NCBI GenBank assembly: GCA_016699915.1
Contig: CP064990.1
Location: 512,671-576,670 of the forward strand
Length of the DNA stretch: 64,000 nucleotides
DNA from: Neisseriales bacterium
Lineage (GTDB): Bacteria > Pseudomonadota > Gammaproteobacteria > Burkholderiales > Q3-R57-64
Direction: 5' to 3'
Shown here: positions 10,935 to 19,105 of the stretch, piece by piece
Numbering within the stretch: position 1 is the stretch's first letter
Layout of the letters: every line of letters starts with the position of its first letter
Program-made: the position numbers and the translations under genes
Notes under the pieces: model-generated
Databases searched by the model: none
What the model was told of the DNA's origin: nothing
Seen by the model: the letters and a program-made list of their open reading frames with translations, nothing else

Positions 10935-11160
10935 GATTGCCAGTCGTAGGACGGTAGGGATTTTTTAAGTTGTGGATTCGGTCAAGTAAAAACTTGCGAA
11001 TTTGTGTTTCATCACAGCCCATGAGTAAAGCGTCCTCAAAAACATCTTGGGCGCTTTGAATCAGTTCTTCTAAGTTTTCACGCATGACCTTAATTTTCTC
11101 AATACATGATAAGGGTTGGCCGAGTGAGTCGTGCCATATAGGAAAAGTATTATCTGGCAT
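10915..11160 (-). CDS. Hypothetical 81 aa protein (no family recognised)
   Basis: ORF sits between NlpC/P60 (13 nt upstream gap) and the Lol permease (20 nt overlap), on the same strand. Predicted helical and acidic. Only positional support. Confidence 0.4.
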   Translation of the reverse strand: MPDNTFPIWHDSLGQPLSCIEKIKVMRENLEELIQSAQDVFEDALLMGCDETQIRKFLLDRIHNLKNPYRPTTGNHDKSTI

Positions 11161-11173
11161 TTATATTACCTTT

Positions 11174-11689
11174 TTATGATTCATTATTTTTGGTTTTGAC
11201 CACTCGCCTTGCACTGTTATAACGCTTCGCCCAATACGATGATTTGATATTGCTAATTTCAATATATTTACCTGTGCGCGGCGCGTGGACAAATTTATCA
11301 TCTCCTAGGTATAGCCCGACGTGCGAATTTCTACCACGCCTTGTATTAAAAAACACAAGATCACCTGGTTTTAATTCCTTTAACGTGACTAGTACGCCGA
11401 TACGCGCTTGCTCTGCTGCAGTACGGGGCATACTCAAATTCAGGGATTGCTTGAAAATATATTGAATAAATCCGCTACAATCTAAACCTCGAATTGGGTT
11501 AGAGCCACCAAATTTGTACGCGACACCAATTAGGGTCATGGCTTGCAACAAAAGCTCATCTACCGCTGTACTTTGTGCTAATTCAGATTCAGTGGCCGTA
11601 TCCGCACTCGCTGGGGAGGTAAACACTAGACCCATTACATTGCAAAAACTAGCCAAAATTATGATAAAAAAACGGCACTTTAAAATCAT
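11174..11689 (-). CDS. Secreted NlpC/P60 (C40) cell-wall peptidase
   Basis: Signal peptide ending SPASA. Catalytic Cys context GLDCSGFIQYIF and His context NSHVGLYLGDDKFVHAP. Confidence 0.85.
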   Translation of the reverse strand: MILKCRFFIIILASFCNVMGLVFTSPASADTATESELAQSTAVDELLLQAMTLIGVAYKFGGSNPIRGLDCSGFIQYIFKQSLNLSMPRTAAEQARIGVLVTLKELKPGDLVFFNTRRGRNSHVGLYLGDDKFVHAPRTGKYIEISNIKSSYWAKRYNSARRVVKTKNNES

Positions 11690-11704
11690 CAGACATACAC
11701 ACAG

Positions 11705-11736
11705 ATAAATAGGTTAGATGATAAATAGGTTAGATG
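11705..11736. repeat. Perfect tandem 2 x 16 bp repeat (ATAAATAGGTTAGATG) just upstream of the NlpC/P60 start; duplicated at 19121-19152
   Basis: Read directly: ataaataggttagatg ataaataggttagatg, followed by the degenerate atgaatag. Confidence 0.9.
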
Positions 11737-11783
11737 ATGAATAGTTCAGGGAAATTATATACCCAAAAATTCTAAAAACTGAC

Positions 11784-11802
11784 TAGCTAACTAGATTAGC
11801 TA
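11784..11802. promoter_or_regulatory. 19 bp perfect palindrome TAGCTAA-CTAGA-TTAGCTA in the divergent NlpC/P60-autotransporter control region (candidate operator); second copy 19199-19217
   Basis: Seen in sequence: 7 bp arms with a 5 bp centre. No known regulator motif assigned. Confidence 0.25.
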
Positions 11803-12112
11803 AGGATAAGCTTACGCAAAACCTCTAAAATTAAAGAAAAATAAAATCATACTGGCGGTACAATCTTTCTCATTTTGAAGCGCTCTGCTAATATATTTTA
11901 TGCCCTACCCTATAACAATGCTGTCTAATATAAACTATGTTAATCTGTTTCTAGGTGGCTTTAATACTGGATTCCATACGATCTTACAACTAGTAACGAT
12001 TAAGAATAATTAAGAAAGGAAGAAAAGATATTTTCAATATTTGAATAAAAATTATTGACAAATACGCACACTGAACAATTTTAGTGTATCGTGGCAACAT
12101 ATTTTTTCATAA

Positions 12113-14590
12113 ATGCTCAACATGCAGAAAATTTATTCTTTTGTTAAGCATCTTTTTTTGATATTTTTTGTTCTCCAATTACTCATTAATTTGGGCGGTT
12201 GCGCCTCTACTGGTGGCGGGGAGACAAAAAAAGGAAATTATACACCTCCTCCACCTACAGAAGAACCTGCACCTACAGAAGAACCTGCACCTCCTCCACC
12301 TACAGGACCTAATCAAACTGTTGATATGGATTTTGATGGTTTACAAGACAAGCTGGATCCCAAACCCAATGACACCGACAATGATGGCGCCACCAATGAT
12401 CAAGATGAAGATGATGACAATGATGGGATAGAAGATGACGATGAAAGCATCAACAAACAATATGACACGGACAATGATGGCATCAGAAATGATACGGATC
12501 CGGATGATGACAATGATGGTTTAAATGAAGCCGAAGGGGGATATCCTGATGCTCAAGGTGATCGGAAGCCCTATGACACCGACAATGATGGCAAAACCAA
12601 TGATCAAGATCCTGATGATGACGATGATGGGATAGTGGATGCTAATGATGGTGATCCGTTACATCCGCTCGAAAAAGGTCCAAAAGTGGATACGGATTTC
12701 GATGGTTTAGTAGATGACCAAGACACCATGGATAATGACACCGACAATGATGGCACCACCAATGATGAAGATGAAGATGATGACAATGATGGCTTTGAAG
12801 ACGAGGATGAGGGCGTGGATTGGTTTATCGAAGCCTTATCTGTTGAACAACAATATGCTTATACCTTTGACACGGACAATGATGGCATCAGAAATGATAC
12901 GGATCTAGATGATGATGCCGATGGTTTAAATGAAGCCCCAGGAGGTTTTCTTGATCCTCAAGGTGATCGGAAGCCCAATGACACCGACAATGATGGCGCC
13001 ACCAATGATCAAGATGAAGATGATGACAATGATGGGATAGAAGATGACGATGAAAGCATCAACAAACAATATGACACGGACAATGATGGCATCAGAAATG
13101 ATACGGATCCGGATGATGACAATGATGGTTTAAATGAAGCCGAAGGGGGATATCCTGATGCTCAAGGTGATCGGAAGCCCTATGACACCGACAATGATGG
13201 TATCAGAAATGATGAAGATGAAGATGATGACAATGATGGGATAGAAGATGACGATGAAAGCATCAACAAACAATATGACACGGACAATGATGGCATCAGA
13301 AATGATACGGATCTAGATGATGATGCCGATGGTTTAAATGAAGCCCCAGGAGGTTTTCTTGATCCTCAAGGTGATCCCAAACCCAATGACACCGACAATG
13401 ATGGCGCCACCAATGATCAAGATGAAGATGATGACAATGATGGGATAGAAGATGACGATGATGATCAACCATTAGATCCAAATAATCCTCATAAGTTAGC
13501 TTATCTTCTCGACAAGGACTTGCAATCGAATCAATCAGAAGCACCATTGACCGATACCGATGGTGATGGCCTTATGGATTCAAAAGATCCTTTACCAAAA
13601 ATTCATCAAGGGGTAGTGAAAGCAGCAACCTATTTAGCTCATCGAGAATTAACTCTCAAGGTTTTTAACTACGATGTCCAACAAGTTTTAACTCAAATAC
13701 CTGATAACAACAAACCTACTTGGGGAACTTGGATGCAAATCCAAAAATTGGGTGCAACGCAATCTATTCAAGCGACTCAAGAACAAGCGGATGCTGATAC
13801 ACAATACCATATTGTTTCAACCAATTATGGTGGCTGGATGACTCAATGGGGTATCAATACGATCCAACGCCAAGACACGACCCTCTACCATGTGGGTTTA
13901 ACAGCTGGCTTAATGCAAGCAACCCTTATTGCTGATGATCATCATCCAGCTTCGATCACCACAATAACCAAAGGTTTTGCTTTGGGTGGTTATGGTTTTT
14001 ATAAAGGTACCCAAGGTGAAATCGCTTTCAGTCTTCAAAAAGGTTGGTTTGATCATCAACAAGATGTAGCCTATCAAAGCAGTACCCTCATCAGTCATAT
14101 CAAAGCTACTTATGCTTTACACACTTGGGGCGCATTAACCTTCAGCCCAACTTTGGATATTACTTATCGCTTTAATACGGATAATCTGAATGAAACAACG
14201 ACAGAAAATCAATCCATGTATGAAGGGATATTGGGTCTTCGTGTATCCAGCGTTTGGGGTAGATTGGCTCCCTTCATAACGGTTGATTATAAATTGGGGG
14301 CATCGGATGATCTAAAGGTGACTCAAGATGATGCCAAACAAACTACTTTTACTCTCAAAACCCAACCAATACCTATTCATTTTGGCCTACAAGGTGGATT
14401 GACTTATACTCCCAATCATCAATGGAATCTACAAAGTCAATTAAGTTATCGAGACAAAACACTGAATGTAGACTGTCAATTAAACTATCAGCTTCATGAA
14501 GCGCTTAGTCTAAGTGCTAGCTTGCATGAAACCTTTTTGAAGACAGACGTTGATGTTAAAGGAGAAGTGGGATTAAGATGGGGGTGGTGA
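12113..14590 (+). CDS. Lipoprotein-type autotransporter with a thrombospondin-type-3-like Ca-binding repeat passenger (long allele, 825 aa)
   Basis: N-terminus MLNMQKIYSFVKHLFLIFFVLQLLINLGGC (h-region plus LGGC lipobox-like site), then Pro-rich linker PPPPTEEPAPTEEPAPPPPTG. About 400 aa of DxDxDGxxNDxD units follow (DTDNDGIRNDTDPDDDNDG...). The C-terminal ~285 aa has alternating beta-strand character and ends GEVGLRWGW (aromatic terminal motif of an OM beta-barrel). Confidence 0.7.
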   Translation: MLNMQKIYSFVKHLFLIFFVLQLLINLGGCASTGGGETKKGNYTPPPPTEEPAPTEEPAPPPPTGPNQTVDMDFDGLQDKLDPKPNDTDNDGATNDQDEDDDNDGIEDDDESINKQYDTDNDGIRNDTDPDDDNDGLNEAEGGYPDAQGDRKPYDTDNDGKTNDQDPDDDDDGIVDANDGDPLHPLEKGPKVDTDFDGLVDDQDTMDNDTDNDGTTNDEDEDDDNDGFEDEDEGVDWFIEALSVEQQYAYTFDTDNDGIRNDTDLDDDADGLNEAPGGFLDPQGDRKPNDTDNDGATNDQDEDDDNDGIEDDDESINKQYDTDNDGIRNDTDPDDDNDGLNEAEGGYPDAQGDRKPYDTDNDGIRNDEDEDDDNDGIEDDDESINKQYDTDNDGIRNDTDLDDDADGLNEAPGGFLDPQGDPKPNDTDNDGATNDQDEDDDNDGIEDDDDDQPLDPNNPHKLAYLLDKDLQSNQSEAPLTDTDGDGLMDSKDPLPKIHQGVVKAATYLAHRELTLKVFNYDVQQVLTQIPDNNKPTWGTWMQIQKLGATQSIQATQEQADADTQYHIVSTNYGGWMTQWGINTIQRQDTTLYHVGLTAGLMQATLIADDHHPASITTITKGFALGGYGFYKGTQGEIAFSLQKGWFDHQQDVAYQSSTLISHIKATYALHTWGALTFSPTLDITYRFNTDNLNETTTENQSMYEGILGLRVSSVWGRLAPFITVDYKLGASDDLKVTQDDAKQTTFTLKTQPIPIHFGLQGGLTYTPNHQWNLQSQLSYRDKTLNVDCQLNYQLHEALSLSASLHETFLKTDVDVKGEVGLRWGW
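12320..13590 (+). repeat. In-frame mosaic array of TSP3-like repeat codons with long perfect internal duplications
   Basis: 12365-12591 is identical to 12974-13200 (227 bp, offset 609 bp). The GATGAAGATGATGACAATGATGGGATAGAAGATGACGATGA block recurs at about 12404, 13013, 13216 and 13421. Confidence 0.9.
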
Positions 14591-14731
14591 TTATTGTTGG
14601 GGCGTGCAATAAGTTGGGTGGACTCACTAACTATTTTTGTACACATGCAACGTCGACTTAATCATAGCCTTCTCGTTGTACCTATCACTACAAACAGTGA
14701 CTTCCTTCAAAAGATAAAACTACTATTTGGA

Positions 14732-14805
14732 TGGTGCCGCTAACTAGAATCGAACTAGTGATTATTGATTACGAATCAACCGTTATACCACTTAACTATA
14801 GCGGC
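14732..14805 (-). tRNA. tRNA-Thr (anticodon CGT)
   Basis: Reverse strand GCCGCTATAGTTAAGTGGTATAACGGTTGATTCGTAATCAATAATCACTAGTTCGATTCTAGTTAGCGGCACCA; loop TTCGTAA. Confidence 0.9.
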
Positions 14806-14831
14806 TCTAAAGCACTTAATTTTATACCTCA

Positions 14832-14908
<77 letters not shown>

Positions 14909-15119
14909 TTGGCTTAGCCAAACCCAAGCGATTATCTATGAAAATAATAATGTGAGCAACTATTCGTGTCTGCCAAGTAATATACTGCTCAATCATCCAA
15001 TTGATTAGTTTATCTAAACAAAATAAGGTATATAAACTACAACAAAATAAATCAGATGATATGAATTCAGAATTATAATTATGCATCGCCTTTAATTTAT
15101 GTGAGGTTTGAGATACTCC

Positions 15120-15689
15120 GTGAGCATTAAATCAGACCAGTGGATACGTCGCATGGCCATCGAAAAAGATATGATTGCCCCTTTTGAATCAAAGCAAATC
15201 AAGATTGTTGATGGCAAAAGGATTATCTCATATGGCACATCTAGTTATGGTTATGATATCCGTTGTGCCGATGAATTTAAGGTATTCACTAATATCAATA
15301 ACTCTATTGTTGACCCTAAAAACTTTGATCCGCAATCATTTATTGAAATTTCGGGCAAAGGATACTGCCTGATCCCTCCCAATTCTTTTGCCTTAGCAAG
15401 GACATTAGAATATTTTAAGATCCCGCGCAATATTCTCACTATTTGTGTAGGTAAATCAACTTATGCTCGCTGCGGCATTATTGTCAACGTTACCCCATTT
15501 GAGCCAGAATGGGAAGGTTATGTTACGTTAGAATTTTCTAATACCACGCCCTTGCCTGCTAAAATCTACGCCAATGAAGGGGTAGCCCAAGTATTATTTT
15601 TTGAGTCCGACGAAATTTGCGATACTTCCTATAAAGATCGACAAGGAAAATATATGGGTCAGCAAGGGGTAACACTACCTAAAACTTAA
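15120..15689 (+). CDS. dcd: dCTP deaminase
   Basis: [12 protein letters not shown]...YGYDIRC...[26 protein letters not shown]. Start set at GTG 15120 by analogy to the MSIKSD N-termini of homologues. The track ORF begins at TTG 15108. Confidence 0.9.
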   Translation: MSIKSDQWIRRMAIEKDMIAPFESKQIKIVDGKRIISYGTSSYGYDIRCADEFKVFTNINNSIVDPKNFDPQSFIEISGKGYCLIPPNSFALARTLEYFKIPRNILTICVGKSTYARCGIIVNVTPFEPEWEGYVTLEFSNTTPLPAKIYANEGVAQVLFFESDEICDTSYKDRQGKYMGQQGVTLPKT

Positions 15690-15730
15690 GTCCAAACTAT
15701 TATTATGTAGTCAGCTATACAATTTTAGGT

Positions 15731-16330
15731 TTAGGCAGCAATGTCACTTTTTCCTCTGGGCAACCACTTGACAACCTGTGGCGGATGATAGTGTTCTAAA
15801 GCCATCAATAGCTCTTCTGGTGTTGAATGGGAAATAAGTAAATCGCTATGTTTTTTGCGCATAAAGCCTGCTGCAATATTGGCTTGAAGCAAAGACAAAA
15901 GCGGATCAAAAAAACCGTTGACATTTAGCACGCCACAAGGCTTCTGATGCAGTCCAATCTGAGACCAAGATAATATTTCAAATAATTCTTCAAAAGTCCC
16001 TAATCCACCAGGTAATGCAATAAAGGCATCAGATAAAGCCATCATACGCGCTTTACGCTCATGCATGTTGGCAACAATTTCTAACTGAGATAGCTTAGGA
16101 TGCGCCTGTTCTTTATCAACCAATATATGAGGTATAACACCTGTTATGTGCCCGCTTAGCTCAATTACTGTATCCGCCATTACACCCATTAACCCAATTT
16201 TTCCACCACCATAAACTAGCTTACGTTGGCTTTGAACAAGTGTGCGAGCAAGCGCTTTAGCGGCCATTTCATAAGCAATATCCACCCCATGATTAGAACC
16301 ACAAAATACACAAATTGTTTGCAATTTCAT
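15731..16330 (-). CDS. LOG family protein (TIGR00730; cytokinin riboside 5'-monophosphate phosphoribohydrolase-like)
   Basis: VYGGGKIGLMG and the LPGGLGTFEELFE (PGGxGTxxE) motifs. Confidence 0.8.
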   Translation of the reverse strand: MKLQTICVFCGSNHGVDIAYEMAAKALARTLVQSQRKLVYGGGKIGLMGVMADTVIELSGHITGVIPHILVDKEQAHPKLSQLEIVANMHERKARMMALSDAFIALPGGLGTFEELFEILSWSQIGLHQKPCGVLNVNGFFDPLLSLLQANIAAGFMRKKHSDLLISHSTPEELLMALEHYHPPQVVKWLPRGKSDIAA

Positions 16331-16514
16331 ATGTTGTGATCACCTTAAAAAGAGGAGCACATTGTATTGCATTTTACGTGCTAACATGGCGATACTGACA
16401 AGATAGCTATGAGTTTTATTGAAAAGTAGGCCTTTCTAAACAAATTTGAGTTAAGAATCAAAAATAAAGTTATGCTAGAATAAACAAATTAAATTTAATT
16501 TGGGGAGTGTGCCC

Positions 16515-17039
16515 GTGCTAGCACCAGAAATGATCCAACGTTTAAATAACCAAATCAATTTGGAGTTTTATTCTTCTAATCTTTATTTGCAGATGAGTGC
16601 TTGGGTAGCTGATAGAGGGTTTACGGGATCCGCTTTCTTCTTGGGTAAGCATGCAGCGGAAGAATTAACACATATGCAACGCTTGTTTAGCTATGTGAGT
16701 GAAACGGGAGGTTTACCCATCATTGGTGCAATTGCAGCACCTCCTAGTCAATTTTCATCGCTTACCGAAGTATTTCAGCAAACGCTTGCACATGAAAAAA
16801 TGATCACCACTCAAATTAATGAATTAGTACACACTGCAATGGCGATGAAAGACTACTCTACCTTTAATTTTTTGCAGTGGTATGTTAGTGAACAGCATGA
16901 AGAAGAAAAACTCTTCCGGGGTATCTTAGATAAGATTGAAATGATCGGTCAAGACAATAAATCATTCTTTTTGGTGGATAAAGAAATCCAAAATATGGCA
17001 AGAATTGGTGTCGTAGCTAATGCTGCGCCCCATGGATGA
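16515..17039 (+). CDS. ftnA: Non-heme ferritin
   Basis: (M)[29 protein letters not shown] parallels E. coli FtnA [21 protein letters not shown]. GTG 16515 lies 7 nt after GGGGAG. The track begins at TTG 16500. Confidence 0.85.
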   Translation: MLAPEMIQRLNNQINLEFYSSNLYLQMSAWVADRGFTGSAFFLGKHAAEELTHMQRLFSYVSETGGLPIIGAIAAPPSQFSSLTEVFQQTLAHEKMITTQINELVHTAMAMKDYSTFNFLQWYVSEQHEEEKLFRGILDKIEMIGQDNKSFFLVDKEIQNMARIGVVANAAPHG

Positions 17040-17056
17040 TTTACTAAACTTGATAT

Positions 17057-17133
17057 GGCGAATTAGCTCAGTTGGTTAGAGCGACGGAATCATAATCCGC
17101 AGGTCCGGGGTTCAAGTCCCTGATTCGCCACCA
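17057..17133 (+). tRNA. tRNA-Met (anticodon CAT, elongator type; tRNA-Ile2/lysidine not excluded)
   Basis: GGCGAATTAGCTCAGTTGGTTAGAGCGACGGAATCATAATCCGCAGGTCCGGGGTTCAAGTCCCTGATTCGCCACCA. The G1-C72 pair argues against an initiator. Confidence 0.85.
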
Positions 17134-17268
17134 TAGCGTAAATCTTCAATTTAATATTTTTTTAATTACAAAGTAACTTGATTGATGATGTACTGGTAGC
17201 TTAATGGACTGAAATCTAGACAAAATCAGTCACCTTAATTCTAACAAAATAGAGAGATTAGCATAGAC

Positions 17269-18651
17269 ATGAAAAAACAGTCTGTTCCCGCACAAGAATC
17301 TTCTTTACACAGAGGGCTTGCCAATCGACATGTCCAAATGATTGCAATTAGTGGCGTTATTGGCACAGGTTTATTCTTGGGTGCCGGCAAAACAATCAGT
17401 CTTGCTGGTCCATCTATTATCTTCGTTTATGCAATCATTGGTTTTATTTTATATTTTGTAATACGTGCTATGGGCGAAATACTTCTATCCAACTTACAGT
17501 ATAAGTCCTTCCTTGATTTTATTGATGATATTTTAGGTCCAATGTGGGGGTTTTTTGCAGGGTGGACCTACTTATTCAGCTGGACCGTAACAGTGATAGC
17601 TGAAATTATTGCTGTTGCTGGCTTTATGCAATTTTGGTTTCCAGAAACCCCTGCTTGGATTCCAGCGCTTACTTGTACTTTAGTGCTAATGGGGATGAAT
17701 TTGACCACCGTTAAACTATTCGGTGAAACAGGATTTTGGTTCGCTCTGATCAAAGTGGTTGCCATATGTGCTTTAATTGTGATTGGGTTAGGTTTTATTG
17801 TTACAAGCTTTGAATCATCTGCAGGTATAGCCTCATTTAGTCATATTTGGAATCATGGTGGATTTTTCCCAAAAGGGATATTTGGATTTCTTGCGGGATT
17901 CCAAATTGCGATATTTACATTTAACGGAATTGAGCTACTGGGTACAACTGCTGCCGAGACATCCGAACCGACCAAAACACTTCCAAACGCAATTAATACT
18001 GTGCTGTGGAAAATAGTCTTTTTATATATAGTTACACTAGCTGTCATTATGAGTGTAACACCTTGGAACATGATCTCATCTAGCAAGAGTCCGTTTGTAG
18101 GCATGTTTATGCTCATCGGTTTTCCTGCAGCCGCTGGTATCATCAATTTTGTCGTACTAACAGCCGCTGCCTCAGTGGGTAATAGCGGGATCTTTTCAGC
18201 TAGTCGAATGCTCTATGGTTTAGCGGAAAAAGGGGATACACCACAATTATTTAGAAAATTATCTCGTCGTGCAGTGCCAGCTAATAGCATTTATATCATG
18301 AGTATTTGTACGTTAGGTAGTGCTGTTTTAATGTTGTACTTTATCCCTAATGTGATGGAAGCTTTTACTGTGGCAACTTCTTTAACAGCCATCCTGATTA
18401 TGTGCGTCTGGTCTATTATTGCTTACACTTATATTGTTTACCGTAAGAAACGGCCAGAATTGCACGAACAATCTATTTATAAGATGCCGTGGGGCATTCC
18501 TATGTCTTGGATTGCAATTGGATTTTTTATTTGCATGGCTGTTTCATTGGCTTTTAAAGAAGACACACGTATTGCATTGGAATTTGTGCCATTCTGGTTT
18601 ATTTTCTTAGCCATCATCTGTAGCGTTCTTCAGAAAAATAAAACCAAATAA
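17269..18651 (+). CDS. Amino acid permease (APC superfamily, AAT family; CycA/AroP/ProY-like)
   Basis: 460 aa, about 12 TM. N-terminal signature LHRGLANRHVQMIAISGVIGTGLFLGAG. Confidence 0.85.
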   Translation: MKKQSVPAQESSLHRGLANRHVQMIAISGVIGTGLFLGAGKTISLAGPSIIFVYAIIGFILYFVIRAMGEILLSNLQYKSFLDFIDDILGPMWGFFAGWTYLFSWTVTVIAEIIAVAGFMQFWFPETPAWIPALTCTLVLMGMNLTTVKLFGETGFWFALIKVVAICALIVIGLGFIVTSFESSAGIASFSHIWNHGGFFPKGIFGFLAGFQIAIFTFNGIELLGTTAAETSEPTKTLPNAINTVLWKIVFLYIVTLAVIMSVTPWNMISSSKSPFVGMFMLIGFPAAAGIINFVVLTAAASVGNSGIFSASRMLYGLAEKGDTPQLFRKLSRRAVPANSIYIMSICTLGSAVLMLYFIPNVMEAFTVATSLTAILIMCVWSIIAYTYIVYRKKRPELHEQSIYKMPWGIPMSWIAIGFFICMAVSLAFKEDTRIALEFVPFWFIFLAIICSVLQKNKTK

Positions 18652-18669
18652 GTATTTTGGTATCCAAAA

Positions 18670-18705
18670 CAGCAAAAATCAGTTACTGGTTTTTGCTGTT
18701 TTTTT
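18670..18705 (+). terminator. Rho-independent terminator of the permease gene
   Basis: CAGCAAAAA-tcagttactgg-TTTTTGCTG followed by TTTTTTT. Confidence 0.75.
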
Positions 18706-18817
18706 ATGATGAATTGTTGTTTGATCTGGAAAATGTCATGTTAGTTTTTATGGACATATTCTCGGAGAACATAGATCTCAATCAATAAAGCATTTGCCGA
18801 ATTCTAGCGACTGATGG

Positions 18818-19105
18818 TCAATCAAAATCTGCTGCAGTACGGGGCATACTCAAATTCAGGGATTGCTTGAAAATATATTGAATAAATCCGCTACAATCTA
18901 AACCTCGAATTGGGTTAGAGCCACCAAATTTGTACGCGACACCAATTAGGGTCATGGCTTGCAACAAAAGCTCATCTACCGCTGTACTTTGTGCTAATTC
19001 AGATTCAGTGGCCGTATCCGCACTCGCTGGCGAGGTAAACACTAGACCCATTACATTGCAAAAACTAGCCAAAATTATGATAAAAAAACGGCACTTTAAA
19101 ATCAT
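18818..19105 (-). pseudogene. 5' fragment of the NlpC/P60 peptidase gene (duplicate; first 91 codons identical to 11174-11689 product, then DFD*)
   Basis: The ORF translation is identical through ...LNLSMPRTAA. It stops before the catalytic His and keeps the signal peptide and Cys motif. The duplication boundary is at 18828. Confidence 0.9.

Larger units (their letters stand above)
11412..14610 (+). repeat. Copy A (3199 bp) of a large direct segmental duplication; partner is 18828-21007
   Basis: Base-by-base reading: identity begins at 11412/18828 (inside the NlpC/P60 gene) and ends at 14610/21007 (20 bp past the autotransporter stop). The differences are itemised in the findings. Confidence 0.95.

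Noticed and set aside
12168-13547. Met/His-rich ORFs in alternative frames of the repeat array (12168-12431, 12714-12908, 12604-12786 minus, 13296-13547 minus, and their copies at 19582-19845 and 19723-19944)
   Set aside because: They are frame-shifted or antisense readings of GAT/GAC-rich TSP3 codons inside a much longer, coherent ORF. Their low-complexity composition is an automatic by-product.
12320-13590. Regularly spaced DNA repeats that might be a CRISPR array
   Set aside because: The repeats are in-frame coding units of one long ORF. They have no unique spacers of constant size, no palindromic repeat and no cas genes in the window.
16331-16514. Fur box upstream of the ferritin gene
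   Set aside because: It is AT-rich, but I found no convincing match to GATAATGATAATCATTATC. Only generic A/T runs are present.
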